Sequence record: MN794232.1
Direction: 5' to 3' (one strand)
Length of the DNA stretch: 64,000 nucleotides
Shown: positions 17,981 through 27,111 of the stretch, in pieces
How positions within the stretch are numbered: position 1 is the first letter of the stretch
Layout: each line of letters starts with the position of its first letter
Program-made: the position numbers and the translations under genes
Notes under the pieces: generated by a model
What the model was told of the DNA's origin: nothing
The model's input: only the letters and a program-made list of their open reading frames with translations
Databases searched by the model: none

Positions 17981-18181
17981 ATGAAATCTAAAGGTTTTAC
18001 TCTGATCGAATTGATAGTCGTGATTGTGATTTTAGGTGTTTTAGCGTCAATCGGCGCAGGTGCATTGGGTTTAGGTCAAACTGCATCGTACACGACTCAA
18101 CCGCAATCAGTGACATATGAAATTGACGGTCAGTTGATGCAATGTACTCCTGTGCAATCTGCATGGGACGATGATTTTTAA
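17981..18181 (+). CDS. Type IV prepilin-like mini protein (N-terminal cleavage/methylation motif)
   Basis: MKSKG|FTLIELIVVIVILGVLASIG: basic leader, G|F cleavage site, E+5, hydrophobic helix. Confidence 0.85.
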   Translation: MKSKGFTLIELIVVIVILGVLASIGAGALGLGQTASYTTQPQSVTYEIDGQLMQCTPVQSAWDDDF

Positions 18182-18190
18182 AGGTAATTG

Positions 18191-19090
18191 ATGAAAAACT
18201 ACTTGCAACTATGTACTGAAATTCTCAACGAAGGTGATTTTCTTGAGAATCGAACAGGCACAAACACTGTTAGCGTGATTTCGCGTGAGCTTCGCTGGGA
18301 TTTATCGAAAGGTTTCCCGTTACTGACGACTAAGAAAATGGCAACTAAAGCCATCTTCGGTGAACTTCTATGGTTCTTGAGTGGTTCGGGACTGATCAGC
18401 GACTTGCGCAAATACACTGAGCTTTCAGACGAAGATTTCTGCATTTGGCAGCAAAATCTAGACGAGCTAAACGAGCGTGCAAAGAAAGCAGGTATTGTTC
18501 GAAATGAAGACGATCTCGGTTATGTTTACGGTAAAGTATGGCGTAAGCGTCTATCTGTGACTGCTGACAAAGAAGTGACTGAGTTCGACCAAATTCATCA
18601 ATTGCTGTGCGATATTGCAGCGGTTAAAGAAGACCCGACGCAAAGTGCGCAGCGTCGCATGATAGTTGAAGCATGGGACCCGTACTTCCACACTGAAAGC
18701 AACTCGGTTGACGTAGCTCTACCGCCGTGTCACTATGGCTTTCAAGTGTTCGTGCGTAATGGTAAGATCAGTCTGAAGTGGAATCAGCGTTCAGTTGACA
18801 CATTCTTGGGTCTGCCGTTCAATATCGCATCGTATGCACTATTGGTTCACATTCTAGCACAGCTAACTGGCTTGAAAGTAGGTGAACTGATTTTCTCTGG
18901 TGGTGATGTTCACATTTATGAAGATCACATTGTGCAGGTACTGAAACAATTGCGACGTACTCCGCGTGAGCTACCGCAAATTCAACTGCCTGAATTTGAT
19001 ACGTTGTCACAATTGTTGACTAAACGTGCAAGCGACTTTGTTGTGTACGATTATGATCCGTACCCAGCACTAAAAGGTAAAATGTCATGA
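18191..19090 (+). CDS. td: Thymidylate synthase
   Basis: NRTGTNT, FPLLTTKK, ELLWFLSG, ALPPCH, QRSVDTFLGLPFNIASY, GDVHIYEDH; no intron. Confidence 0.97.
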   Translation: MKNYLQLCTEILNEGDFLENRTGTNTVSVISRELRWDLSKGFPLLTTKKMATKAIFGELLWFLSGSGLISDLRKYTELSDEDFCIWQQNLDELNERAKKAGIVRNEDDLGYVYGKVWRKRLSVTADKEVTEFDQIHQLLCDIAAVKEDPTQSAQRRMIVEAWDPYFHTESNSVDVALPPCHYGFQVFVRNGKISLKWNQRSVDTFLGLPFNIASYALLVHILAQLTGLKVGELIFSGGDVHIYEDHIVQVLKQLRRTPRELPQIQLPEFDTLSQLLTKRASDFVVYDYDPYPALKGKMS

Positions 19091-19281
19091 TCAGCAAAAC
19101 CGATTATTTTGAACTGAAAACAGGTACGCCAATCATCGTGATTGAGCGTATTGGCACAATCGACGGTGAGCTTCTAAAGCTCCCGTTCAGTAAAGTTGTT
19201 GCCGCAGATGATCCGAATATCAGCGAATCGTTAGCTGACGGTAAAATTCACTATCTTTTTGACTTCGAAATAGGTGAGTAA
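19087..19281 (+). CDS. Hypothetical protein
   Basis: 64 aa, ATGA coupling. Confidence 0.6.
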   Translation: MISKTDYFELKTGTPIIVIERIGTIDGELLKLPFSKVVAADDPNISESLADGKIHYLFDFEIGE

Positions 19282-19283
19282 AC

Positions 19284-19490
19284 ATGAACGTCGGTGAGTT
19301 CGTAGAAGGGTTGTTGACATTAATGGTATATGGTATCATTGCAGTTTGTCTTATTCTCGTACTGTCAGTTGGCGGGCTTATCTTCGGAACGTGGCTCATC
19401 ATTTCGGGTCATACAATCGCTGGGTGGGTTGTTTCTGTTGTCTCAGCGATTATTTTTGCTTTCATATGCGCATTAATGAGGAATTTGTAA
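19284..19490 (+). CDS. Small membrane protein
   Basis: Two long hydrophobic segments; RBS GGTGAG. Confidence 0.7.
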   Translation: MNVGEFVEGLLTLMVYGIIAVCLILVLSVGGLIFGTWLIISGHTIAGWVVSVVSAIIFAFICALMRNL

Positions 19491-19780
19491 TGTCTTTACA
19501 CATTTACGTAGAAGTTGACACCAACGACGGGGATTACGTTGGTGGCTTGACCGCAGCATCAAGTGAAGAAATCGAAAGATTTGAAACACTTGTTCATCTT
19601 TCGGGTGATAGTCTGGCGAGTTGGACAGAAGGCGAATGCCAAGACCGCCCGAATTCAGAAGTATACCCACAGTTTAGCGAAAATGACATCGAGTTCATTT
19701 CTGATAAAATGCCTTACTGTGAATATGGCTTTCACACTGTTGAACAAATTAAAATCGTGGATGTGTTGAATACGCTATGA
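19490..19780 (+). CDS. Acidic hypothetical protein (start corrected to 19490)
   Basis: TAATG coupling, RBS GAGG. Confidence 0.7.
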   Translation: MSLHIYVEVDTNDGDYVGGLTAASSEEIERFETLVHLSGDSLASWTEGECQDRPNSEVYPQFSENDIEFISDKMPYCEYGFHTVEQIKIVDVLNTL

Positions 19781-20097
19781 TCAATGAAATTCTAGCTTCA
19801 AGCAAGCGAATCGACAACGGTCGAACGGTTAAAGACGTTCATATGAGCGTTGTTGAAGAAGTAGGCGAACTAGCAACTGAAGTTCGCGTCAAGTACGGCA
19901 CGTCGTACAAAAACGCTGACGTTGACGGCATTCTAGGTGAAGCGGTAGACGGAATTTTGTGTCTCGTTGATCTGATTTACGTTGATAACCCGAACATCAC
20001 TGAAGCTGAAATCATGAACGTTGTTCGTAACAAGCTCGCCAAATGGGAGCGCAAAGAAAACGAACACAAAACAAAATCTGAACAAATGGTGAAATAA
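19777..20097 (+). CDS. MazG-like NTP pyrophosphohydrolase
   Basis: VVEEVGELATE ... LGEAVDGI, an EExGE...ExxD pattern. Confidence 0.7.
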   Translation: MINEILASSKRIDNGRTVKDVHMSVVEEVGELATEVRVKYGTSYKNADVDGILGEAVDGILCLVDLIYVDNPNITEAEIMNVVRNKLAKWERKENEHKTKSEQMVK

Positions 20098-20394
20098 ATG
20101 ACAAATCGTTATACATTCGAAGAAATTCTTGGTGAAGACTACGACGACAAAGACTATCTTGACTTTCTGCTATATGGCGATGGGGACTTCTCGGGCGTAA
20201 ACTTCATTGAACAAGATGGTGGTGGCGAAGGTGGGTCTGAATACTGCTATACGATTCTTGAAAAAGACGGTCGTTACTTCAAGACTGAATACAGTTACTA
20301 CAGCTACCACGGTTACGACAACTACGGTGATTCGTTCGTTGAAGTTTACCCAAAGCAAGTTACGATCACTCAATACGTGAGCACTCCTCAGTAA
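20098..20394 (+). CDS. Acidic hypothetical protein
   Basis: 98 aa; EQDGGGEGGSEYCY motif. Confidence 0.7.
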   Translation: MTNRYTFEEILGEDYDDKDYLDFLLYGDGDFSGVNFIEQDGGGEGGSEYCYTILEKDGRYFKTEYSYYSYHGYDNYGDSFVEVYPKQVTITQYVSTPQ

Positions 20395-21155
20395 TGCGTA
20401 TTGTTGTCGGGTCAACTGCGTTGCATCATAATGGTATTCGACTGCGTAAGATCATTAAAGATCTAGATGTATTCGTAGACTCGCCCGAGTCGGCTAACGA
20501 CGGGGATGATTTTATTGTCATGCCCGTCGAGATATTGCAGATGTTCGATGGTGATATAGCAACTGCTGACGAAATCTACACGATTAAGTGCAGTCATCTT
20601 GGTTGGGATGAGCATAAAGTCGGATATAGTCAGTTTGGTGGTTCGACATTGTGGGACAAGCATAAGCGTGATGTTATTGCGCTATCTCGATTCTGCAAAA
20701 TCAAGCCTGAGCTATACGCAGCGTTGACAAATCATTGGCGAAAGGAGCTTGGCAATAAAGAGTATCTGTGCTTGAACAAAGACGCAGACGACTTCTTTAA
20801 TGACAAAGTGAGATACATATATGACCATGATGAGCTTCATCGAATGGTTGCAGCACCAAATCGCCCGTTGTATGAGAAAATTCTCAAAGACGACTGTGAT
20901 GTTTTAGTCAGTAAAGAGAAGTTCGATCAATTGTCATTCGAAGACAAGATTAATTTGTTTCACGAAGAAATTTCAGTGATTGCTATTGAACGATATATTG
21001 TTCATGGTATGATGCCGCTGAATGCGTGGAATCATGCGTTGAAGAAGACAATTACACGGCTGACCAAGAATTGGGCATGTGATTTCATTTGTGCAAACAT
21101 GAGTCATTACATGAAGCCGAAATATAATTTGAATATTCTTGAAGAAAAGGGTTGA
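20394..21155 (+). CDS. Hypothetical protein with nucleotidyltransferase-like N-terminus
   Basis: IVVGSTA...KDLDVF (GS plus DxD). Confidence 0.45.
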   Translation: MRIVVGSTALHHNGIRLRKIIKDLDVFVDSPESANDGDDFIVMPVEILQMFDGDIATADEIYTIKCSHLGWDEHKVGYSQFGGSTLWDKHKRDVIALSRFCKIKPELYAALTNHWRKELGNKEYLCLNKDADDFFNDKVRYIYDHDELHRMVAAPNRPLYEKILKDDCDVLVSKEKFDQLSFEDKINLFHEEISVIAIERYIVHGMMPLNAWNHALKKTITRLTKNWACDFICANMSHYMKPKYNLNILEEKG

Positions 21156-21181
21156 CTTCGGTCAACCCTTTCGCGTATTAT
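21145..21181 (+). promoter_or_regulatory. Fused terminator/early-promoter cassette
   Basis: AAAAGGGTTGAC-TTCG-GTCAACCCTTT; -35 TTGACT is the left arm; TATTAT at 21176. Confidence 0.85.
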
Positions 21182-21224
21182 AGCTTCATCAACACGACGT
21201 TGACCAAAACAAAGAGAGAACATT

Positions 21225-21554
21225 ATGACTGACCTAACTAAATTCGACATCAAATTTGCTGAAATCAAAGTCGTTTATTCTATGCGTGCAGAACACCAAA
21301 AAGTAGCAATGCGCCTTGAAGACGGTACAATCATGCTGCATGAAGTGCTTTTCATGGATGCGAAAGGTTCATATTGTGAAAGTCGCAAACTGTGGAGCAC
21401 TACAGTTGAAAAAGCATGTGCATGGCCAGGTTATGAGTCAGCACAGCTTATTGACAAAATCAAAGCAGCGGGTAAAGTGTCACTTCGTCACTGGCGTGCT
21501 GCATCTGAAGCAGATTACGAACTATTTCGTTTAACAGAAGCATTCGAGGGTTAA
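21225..21554 (+). CDS. Hypothetical early protein
   Basis: Follows the conserved GAGAGAACATTATG leader. Confidence 0.8.
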   Translation: MTDLTKFDIKFAEIKVVYSMRAEHQKVAMRLEDGTIMLHEVLFMDAKGSYCESRKLWSTTVEKACAWPGYESAQLIDKIKAAGKVSLRHWRAASEADYELFRLTEAFEG

Positions 21555-21556
21555 TC

Positions 21557-21958
21557 ATGTCAGAAGTTTACCAAATGTGGGAAAAGAAAATCGAACGTCT
21601 TGAAGAAATGCACAAGAAAATCTACGACATGGGTCAACTTGCTGCTGGTGATGAAGGCAAGTATATTTTCAAAACTGAAATGAAGCGTGAACATCTATCA
21701 CGCGAGATTTCACATGAAATTGACCATAAAGGTCTAGATCTACACCATCTTATGTACAAAGGTTTGCATGAGACAGCACGTGAATATCAAAGTGCAATCA
21801 TGATTTTCTGCAAAGAAATGCCTCTTGAACAGCGTCGAGAACTGTTTGACAAGATTCGCGCTGTGTTCAATATTGATGCTTACACCGACGAAGCATGGGA
21901 CGGCGTTCTTAAACGTTTTAAAGATTCACTGTTAAGCCAAGGTATGATTGAGGAGTAA
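21557..21958 (+). CDS. Hypothetical protein
   Basis: 133 aa, RBS GAGGG. Confidence 0.75.
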   Translation: MSEVYQMWEKKIERLEEMHKKIYDMGQLAAGDEGKYIFKTEMKREHLSREISHEIDHKGLDLHHLMYKGLHETAREYQSAIMIFCKEMPLEQRRELFDKIRAVFNIDAYTDEAWDGVLKRFKDSLLSQGMIEE

Positions 21959-21961
21959 ATT

Positions 21962-22669
21962 ATGAGCAGCTACAATGTCAAGAAAGCAGAGTGTGAAAAG
22001 CGCGGCATTGCATTCAACTTCACAGAAGAACAATGGAAAACATTACAAAATATGAAGAACGGTGGTCGTTGTGCGTACACCAACCACCCGTTTAATCCAA
22101 GCAGCAAGAAAATGCGTGCTACAGTCGAGCGAATTGATGAGTCGATGCCGTATGAACCAAAGAACTGTGTTCTTGTGACTCAGCTTGCTAACAACGTAAA
22201 GTGTAACTACATCGAGCAGAATCAGCCCGTGAGTAAAGCAAATGCTGAAGAAGTTCATACATTGAAGCAGATTCAACGTGTTCTTGCTGATGATAAGAAA
22301 GTCAAAAGCATCATTCAGACATATATTGAACGCTACAAAGGTGAAGTTATTGAAACTCCGATGACTGATCTTGAGATCACCAAGCTATACGTGAAGTACG
22401 CAACTGAAGCACAGCGCAAAGGTAAGCACTTTGAAATCACGATAGGCGACTTCAAACGAACTGTATCGCGTAAACGCTGTCAGGTTAGTAAAGTATTACT
22501 GCCGAACATGAAACAGCGCGTAGTGCGCGTCATAGACGATTCTAAGCCTATTACGTGCGACAACATTCAAGTAACTTCGCGTCAAATCGACGAAATCATG
22601 ACTGCCATTGAAGAAATGGACATGACACTCGCGCAAAAACGAGCAATGATGAAATCAATTGGAGCATAA
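21962..22669 (+). CDS. srd: Srd-like protein with two tandem degenerate His-Me-finger-like domains
   Basis: KRGIAFNFT...CAYTNHPF...TVERID..PY..KN resembles T4 Srd N-terminus as I recall it; pattern repeated in the C-terminal half. Confidence 0.6.
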   Translation: MSSYNVKKAECEKRGIAFNFTEEQWKTLQNMKNGGRCAYTNHPFNPSSKKMRATVERIDESMPYEPKNCVLVTQLANNVKCNYIEQNQPVSKANAEEVHTLKQIQRVLADDKKVKSIIQTYIERYKGEVIETPMTDLEITKLYVKYATEAQRKGKHFEITIGDFKRTVSRKRCQVSKVLLPNMKQRVVRVIDDSKPITCDNIQVTSRQIDEIMTAIEEMDMTLAQKRAMMKSIGA

Positions 22670-22670
22670 C

Positions 22671-22931
22671 ATGAGCTATTTGTTATCAATGAACAAAGGT
22701 TGTTCAACTGTAGTAATGGTTAGTGGTGTACCGTTAGTTGTTGATCACGAGATTGAGTACGTGACGGTTGATAAAAATGGTTACGTGACGGGGTGGACTG
22801 ACCGCCCTTATTTCGACGAAGACGATAAAACGTGGTCGTGTTACGAGCTATATGGTGAACAATGGCATCTTGCAACGATTGCAAATCCAACACTAGAAGC
22901 AATTGAAACATTAATTGAGGTATATCCATGA
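22671..22931 (+). CDS. Hypothetical protein
   Basis: ATG after RBS GGAG. Confidence 0.7.
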   Translation: MSYLLSMNKGCSTVVMVSGVPLVVDHEIEYVTVDKNGYVTGWTDRPYFDEDDKTWSCYELYGEQWHLATIANPTLEAIETLIEVYP

Positions 22932-23296
22932 AAAACGTAATGCAACAACTTGCAGATGAGTATCGTAACTCAGACAAAAATGATCCAGAGTTACACTGTG
23001 ACATTTTTCTTTTACCCATTAATGAAGACGGCGGGATTGATTCAGAGTACATCAAAGAGACACTTTCTGCGGTGTATGCTGAAATTCGTCGATTTACGGG
23101 AATGACTCTCACTGAAGCAAGAGAATGGTTCTCGAAACAACAATGTGAAACGTGGTTTGGTGAATCAAAAATTGTAAACGAAAAAGTTTATAAGTCGTTC
23201 TACGTGCGATACGATATTCCTGAAGACTTATTGAAACCCGTATTCACGTCAGATTGGACACAGGGTCCGTCTGCAACATTTGAGGAAGCAATTTGA
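22928..23296 (+). CDS. Hypothetical protein
   Basis: 122 aa, ATGA coupling. Confidence 0.7.
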   Translation: MKNVMQQLADEYRNSDKNDPELHCDIFLLPINEDGGIDSEYIKETLSAVYAEIRRFTGMTLTEAREWFSKQQCETWFGESKIVNEKVYKSFYVRYDIPEDLLKPVFTSDWTQGPSATFEEAI

Positions 23297-24033
23297 GAAT
23301 TTTTATTTTTAGTGGTGCTGGACTTGACGCCGAATCAGGTATCAGCACGTTTCGAGACGCAAATGGTTTGTGGGAAAATCATGATATTATGCAAGTTTGC
23401 AATATCAATACATTCCTCAACAACTACGAGTTGACTCACAAGTTTTACAACCAACGTCGCGTGCAATTGGCAGATGTTCACCCGAACGCAGCACATTACA
23501 AAATTGCTGAACTATGCGAAAAATACGACGTTGACAATTACACTGCGAACGTTTCTGATCTATTAGAGCGTGCGGGGTGTAAAGATGTGAAGCACATTCA
23601 CGGTGAATTGACCAAGATTGTGCAAGATTACACATCAAAAGACAGTACGGTCATTGACATTGGTTACAATGAATATGAACTACGCACTGGTCGACGCGAT
23701 AAACCGGGCGTTGTATTCTTCAATGAAGGCGCGCCGATGTACACGCAGTTCTGGGGTGATATTGACACTCTATTGCCAAGCGACATTGCTATCGTTGTTG
23801 GTTCAACTCTCGAAATCAACCCAATCCATTGGGATTTGGCAAAAACGGGTTGTAAATTCATTTTAATTAATCCGACTGGCATTGATACAGAGAAACACAC
23901 TGAATTGAATGAAGCTATCCGAATGTGTGATATTTTCATCAACAAGCCAGCCACTGAGGCATTTGATGAAATTGACAAGCATATTGAAGAACATGTTTCT
24001 ATTCACTTTCCACATGGCATCCCTTCTGTTTGA
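23293..24033 (+). CDS. Sir2/CobB NAD-dependent deacylase
   Basis: FSGAGLDAESGISTFRD, PNAAH, TANVSDLLERAG, HIHGE, KPGVVFFNE, VGSTL; TTG start with RBS GAGG. Confidence 0.92.
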   Translation: MRIFIFSGAGLDAESGISTFRDANGLWENHDIMQVCNINTFLNNYELTHKFYNQRRVQLADVHPNAAHYKIAELCEKYDVDNYTANVSDLLERAGCKDVKHIHGELTKIVQDYTSKDSTVIDIGYNEYELRTGRRDKPGVVFFNEGAPMYTQFWGDIDTLLPSDIAIVVGSTLEINPIHWDLAKTGCKFILINPTGIDTEKHTELNEAIRMCDIFINKPATEAFDEIDKHIEEHVSIHFPHGIPSV

Positions 24034-24196
24034 AGCAATCGGGATTATCATTAGTGCGAGTGGTGCTGCTGTTTCTTTCATATCAGCGTTTTTACTCATT
24101 CTAGATAAGTTGTATATTTTAGCAGTATGTGCGTCTATACTAGGCGCACTGTTAACGTACTGCTATGTGAAATTGAGTGAGGAACATGATGTCTAA
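24014..24196 (+). CDS. Small membrane protein
   Basis: Two hydrophobic segments; start uncertain. Confidence 0.55.
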   Translation: MASLLFEAIGIIISASGAAVSFISAFLLILDKLYILAVCASILGALLTYCYVKLSEEHDV

Positions 24197-25982
24197 GCAA
24201 GACAATTTTCAAATTTTATCAGACAAACAACACGTGCTTAAACGCCCGGGCATGTACATCGGGTCAGTTGATAGAGAAGCACATGAACGTTTTGTTCTAG
24301 GCGAATACAAGCAAATCGAATATGTACCGGGTCTTGTGAAAATCATCAACGAAGTGATTGACAACTCTCTTGATGAAGCGATTCGTACGAAATTCAAATT
24401 TGCAAACGTCATCGAAGTCAAGGTTGAAGGCAATCGAATTACTATTGCAGATAACGGTCGTGGTATTCCGCAAGACAAAGTTATCGACCCGCATGGGAAT
24501 GAACTTCTTCGACCAGAAGCTGCGTGGACTCGCACAAAGGCAGGTAGCAACTTTGAAGACGACCGAACAACTGTTGGTATGAACGGGGTGGGTGCTGCAT
24601 TAACCAACTACTTCAGTCATCAATTCATCGGTAAGACGTGTGACGGTAAGAACACAGTTACCGTAAGCTGTTCGAACAACGCAGAGCGTATTTTCGTTAG
24701 AACTTCGAAAGGTGGTACACAAGGTACGTCGGTTGAATTCATCCCTGATTTCAATCGTTTTGGCGTCTTCGGTATTTCACCACAAGACGAAGAAATCATC
24801 AAAGATCGATTAGCTGCGTTATCAGTAGCATTCCCTGAAATCACGTTCAAGTACAATGGTAAGAAGCACGCACCTACGCTGAAGCAATACGCGAAGATGT
24901 TCGGGACTGATGTTTCATTTGAGTTTGATAACGTCGCGTTGTTTATTGCAGCGTCTGATGAATTTAGACATAATAGTTTCATCAATGGTGTGCATACTAT
25001 TAATGGGGGTACGCACGTTGATTATTTCTCGAATAAATTAGCCGATGAGCTAATCCCGATGATTAAGCGTAAGCACAAAATCAACGTACCGAAGCCACAA
25101 TTGAAGAACGGATTGACAATTGGTCTGTTTATCAGAAACTTTGTTGACCCGAAATTCGATAGCCAGACAAAAGAGCGTCTAACGAGTTCTCAAGGTGATG
25201 TATCGCCATACTTGAAAGACATTTCTTACGACAAAATTGCCAAGAAGATTTTAGCTGATGATGACATCATCATGCCAATCATCGAAGCATTGCTTGCAAA
25301 GCAACATGCAGCGGAAGCACGCGAGTTAGCACGCAAGCAGAAAAAAGCACAGAACGCAAAAGTCGCAGATCACATCAAAGCAACTATGCCTGGTGGTACG
25401 TTGTTCTTGACTGAGGGTAAGTCAGCGATTGGTTATTTGATCAAAGTTCGTGACAGTAAGAAACACGGTGGTATTCCGCTGCGTGGTAAAGTACTGAGCA
25501 CATGGGGTAAACGCCCTGCTAAGATCATGGAAAACAAAGAACTGTGCGATATTATGTCAGTTCTGAACATTCAGCTTGGCAACGACGACATTCGAGACAT
25601 GTATTACCACGACATCGGAATCTTAGTGGACGCTGACGTTGATGGTAAAGGTTCGATTTTCCCGTTATTGCTTGCGTTTTTCTATAACTGGCCAGAGTTA
25701 TACAAACAGAAGCGAATCAAATTCGTTCGTACGCCAGTAGTGATTGCGACTAACAAGAAAGAAACTAAATGGTTCTATTCTATTGATGAGTATCGCAAGG
25801 CTAAGCTGTCTAAAACGTGGAAGATTCGTTACATCAAGGGTTTGGGTTCATTGACTGAAAAAGAATACAAGAAAGTTATTAACGAGCCAGTTTTTGACGA
25901 GATTGTAATTGATGACCCATCTTGTTTTGAACTACTATTCGGTGACGACACTGATAAACGTAAGGATTGGATGACCCAATGA
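24189..25982 (+). CDS. 39: Type II topoisomerase large subunit (gp39+gp60 fused)
   Basis: RPGMYIGS, EVIDNS, DNGRGIP, GMNGVG, FLTEGKSA, PLRGK, DADVDG, YIKGLGS in one ORF. Confidence 0.96.
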   Translation: MSKQDNFQILSDKQHVLKRPGMYIGSVDREAHERFVLGEYKQIEYVPGLVKIINEVIDNSLDEAIRTKFKFANVIEVKVEGNRITIADNGRGIPQDKVIDPHGNELLRPEAAWTRTKAGSNFEDDRTTVGMNGVGAALTNYFSHQFIGKTCDGKNTVTVSCSNNAERIFVRTSKGGTQGTSVEFIPDFNRFGVFGISPQDEEIIKDRLAALSVAFPEITFKYNGKKHAPTLKQYAKMFGTDVSFEFDNVALFIAASDEFRHNSFINGVHTINGGTHVDYFSNKLADELIPMIKRKHKINVPKPQLKNGLTIGLFIRNFVDPKFDSQTKERLTSSQGDVSPYLKDISYDKIAKKILADDDIIMPIIEALLAKQHAAEARELARKQKKAQNAKVADHIKATMPGGTLFLTEGKSAIGYLIKVRDSKKHGGIPLRGKVLSTWGKRPAKIMENKELCDIMSVLNIQLGNDDIRDMYYHDIGILVDADVDGKGSIFPLLLAFFYNWPELYKQKRIKFVRTPVVIATNKKETKWFYSIDEYRKAKLSKTWKIRYIKGLGSLTEKEYKKVINEPVFDEIVIDDPSCFELLFGDDTDKRKDWMTQ

Positions 25983-26209
25983 TTACAGCAAAAGAAGCAC
26001 GAGCACGCAGGAAGAAACTTCCTGCTGCTGTTGAAAAATCGCTTGAGGAACTGGATTTTGCGGTGCAATGCGCCGCTCAGTCGAAGAACCGTGTCGATTT
26101 TCGCACTGACAAACTGACCGAAAGTGAACGCGATCAACTACGGGCTATACTGATTAGCCTCGGTTATGAAGCGTTTATTGCCGGTGAAAAACTTGAGGTA
26201 ATGTGGTAA
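25979..26209 (+). CDS. Hypothetical protein, paralog family A
   Basis: MITAKEARAR...LGYEAFIAGEKLEVMW. Confidence 0.7.
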   Translation: MITAKEARARRKKLPAAVEKSLEELDFAVQCAAQSKNRVDFRTDKLTESERDQLRAILISLGYEAFIAGEKLEVMW

Positions 26210-26424
26210 TGAGCAATTTTCTTCGAATTCTAGAAGACATGTGTCGCGACTTTCGCGGCGAACTGAACGAAGCAGCGACTGCCGAGGTTGATTACTACCT
26301 CATTCAGATATATGTCGCGTTGCTTTCACTAGGCTTCGGCGTGCAGATTGCGATTTTCGTTGCATTTTATGCAATTTTTTACATCCCGATGAGTATGATC
26401 GGTCGAGTGGTAGGTATTAAATAA
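26209..26424 (+). CDS. Small membrane protein
   Basis: C-terminal hydrophobic segments; TAATG coupling. Confidence 0.65.
   Translation: MSNFLRILEDMCRDFRGELNEAATAEVDYYLIQIYVALLSLGFGVQIAIFVAFYAIFYIPMSMIGRVVGIK
26416..26423 (+). promoter_or_regulatory. Late promoter candidate ATTAAATA
   Basis: 18 nt upstream of ATG 26442, followed by strong RBS GGAGGT. Confidence 0.5.
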
Positions 26425-26441
26425 GAGACGGAGGTGGCACT

Positions 26442-26708
26442 ATGCTAAAGTCTTTTATTGAAATATCACTGAACGAAATGACATACCAAGAGTTGCGTGA
26501 TCTCACGATCAATGAGATTCACGCGCTCGTTAAGAAGCTGAAGAAACAGCTTCCGAAGAAGTACAAAGACATTATCGACGAACTAGAACCAGACATGTAT
26601 GAAGATCTGATTGCAGAAATCGCATATGATGGTGGGTTAAAAGGTAAGAAATTTGTCAACTTAAAAATCCCGAAGCGAATCTTAGATAGGTACGCTGACT
26701 ACTTCTGA
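26442..26708 (+). CDS. Hypothetical protein with internal-head-protein-like N-terminus
   Basis: MLKSFIEISLNE (L-x-E); late-box candidate upstream. Confidence 0.7.
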   Translation: MLKSFIEISLNEMTYQELRDLTINEIHALVKKLKKQLPKKYKDIIDELEPDMYEDLIAEIAYDGGLKGKKFVNLKIPKRILDRYADYF

Positions 26709-26718
26709 GAGAAATATT

Positions 26719-27111
26719 ATGTTTGATGCTGCTAGTATGCGGGCCCGTTATAAGCCGAAACAACCGTCCGACCTTCAGATGCAGAAAATCGAAGAATTTC
26801 AAGATTTTTTGTATAACACACTGCAATCCATTGATAAAATAGCTGATACAGAACTTGAGATAAAAGTCGGTATAAAAGCTGAATTTTATGAATCAGCGGT
26901 TGTGGAATTCGAGAAATTAGGTTACAATATCAGAGCAGTGAAGAAGACATTCGATATTGAAAATCGAATCAATCCTCACGAGCCGCCAGAAATCGGTTAC
27001 TTAAAGTACGAAACTCACAGTTTAGCACTTGCTTATGTGAATCGTATGTTGAGAGAACGCGGTTCTGAACACATGATATTGACGATAATTGATTGGAGAT
27101 GTAAGGCATGA
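26719..27111 (+). CDS. Hypothetical protein, distant paralog family A
   Basis: MFDAASMRAR...LGYNIRA...IIDW. Confidence 0.7.
   Translation: MFDAASMRARYKPKQPSDLQMQKIEEFQDFLYNTLQSIDKIADTELEIKVGIKAEFYESAVVEFEKLGYNIRAVKKTFDIENRINPHEPPEIGYLKYETHSLALAYVNRMLRERGSEHMILTIIDWRCKA

Noticed and set aside
7589-19090. Possible group I introns in nrdD and td, as in T4
   Set aside because: Both ORFs are continuous and of intron-less length
24189-25982. Translational bypass gap as in T4 gene 60
   Set aside because: 39 and 60 domains are fused in one uninterrupted frame
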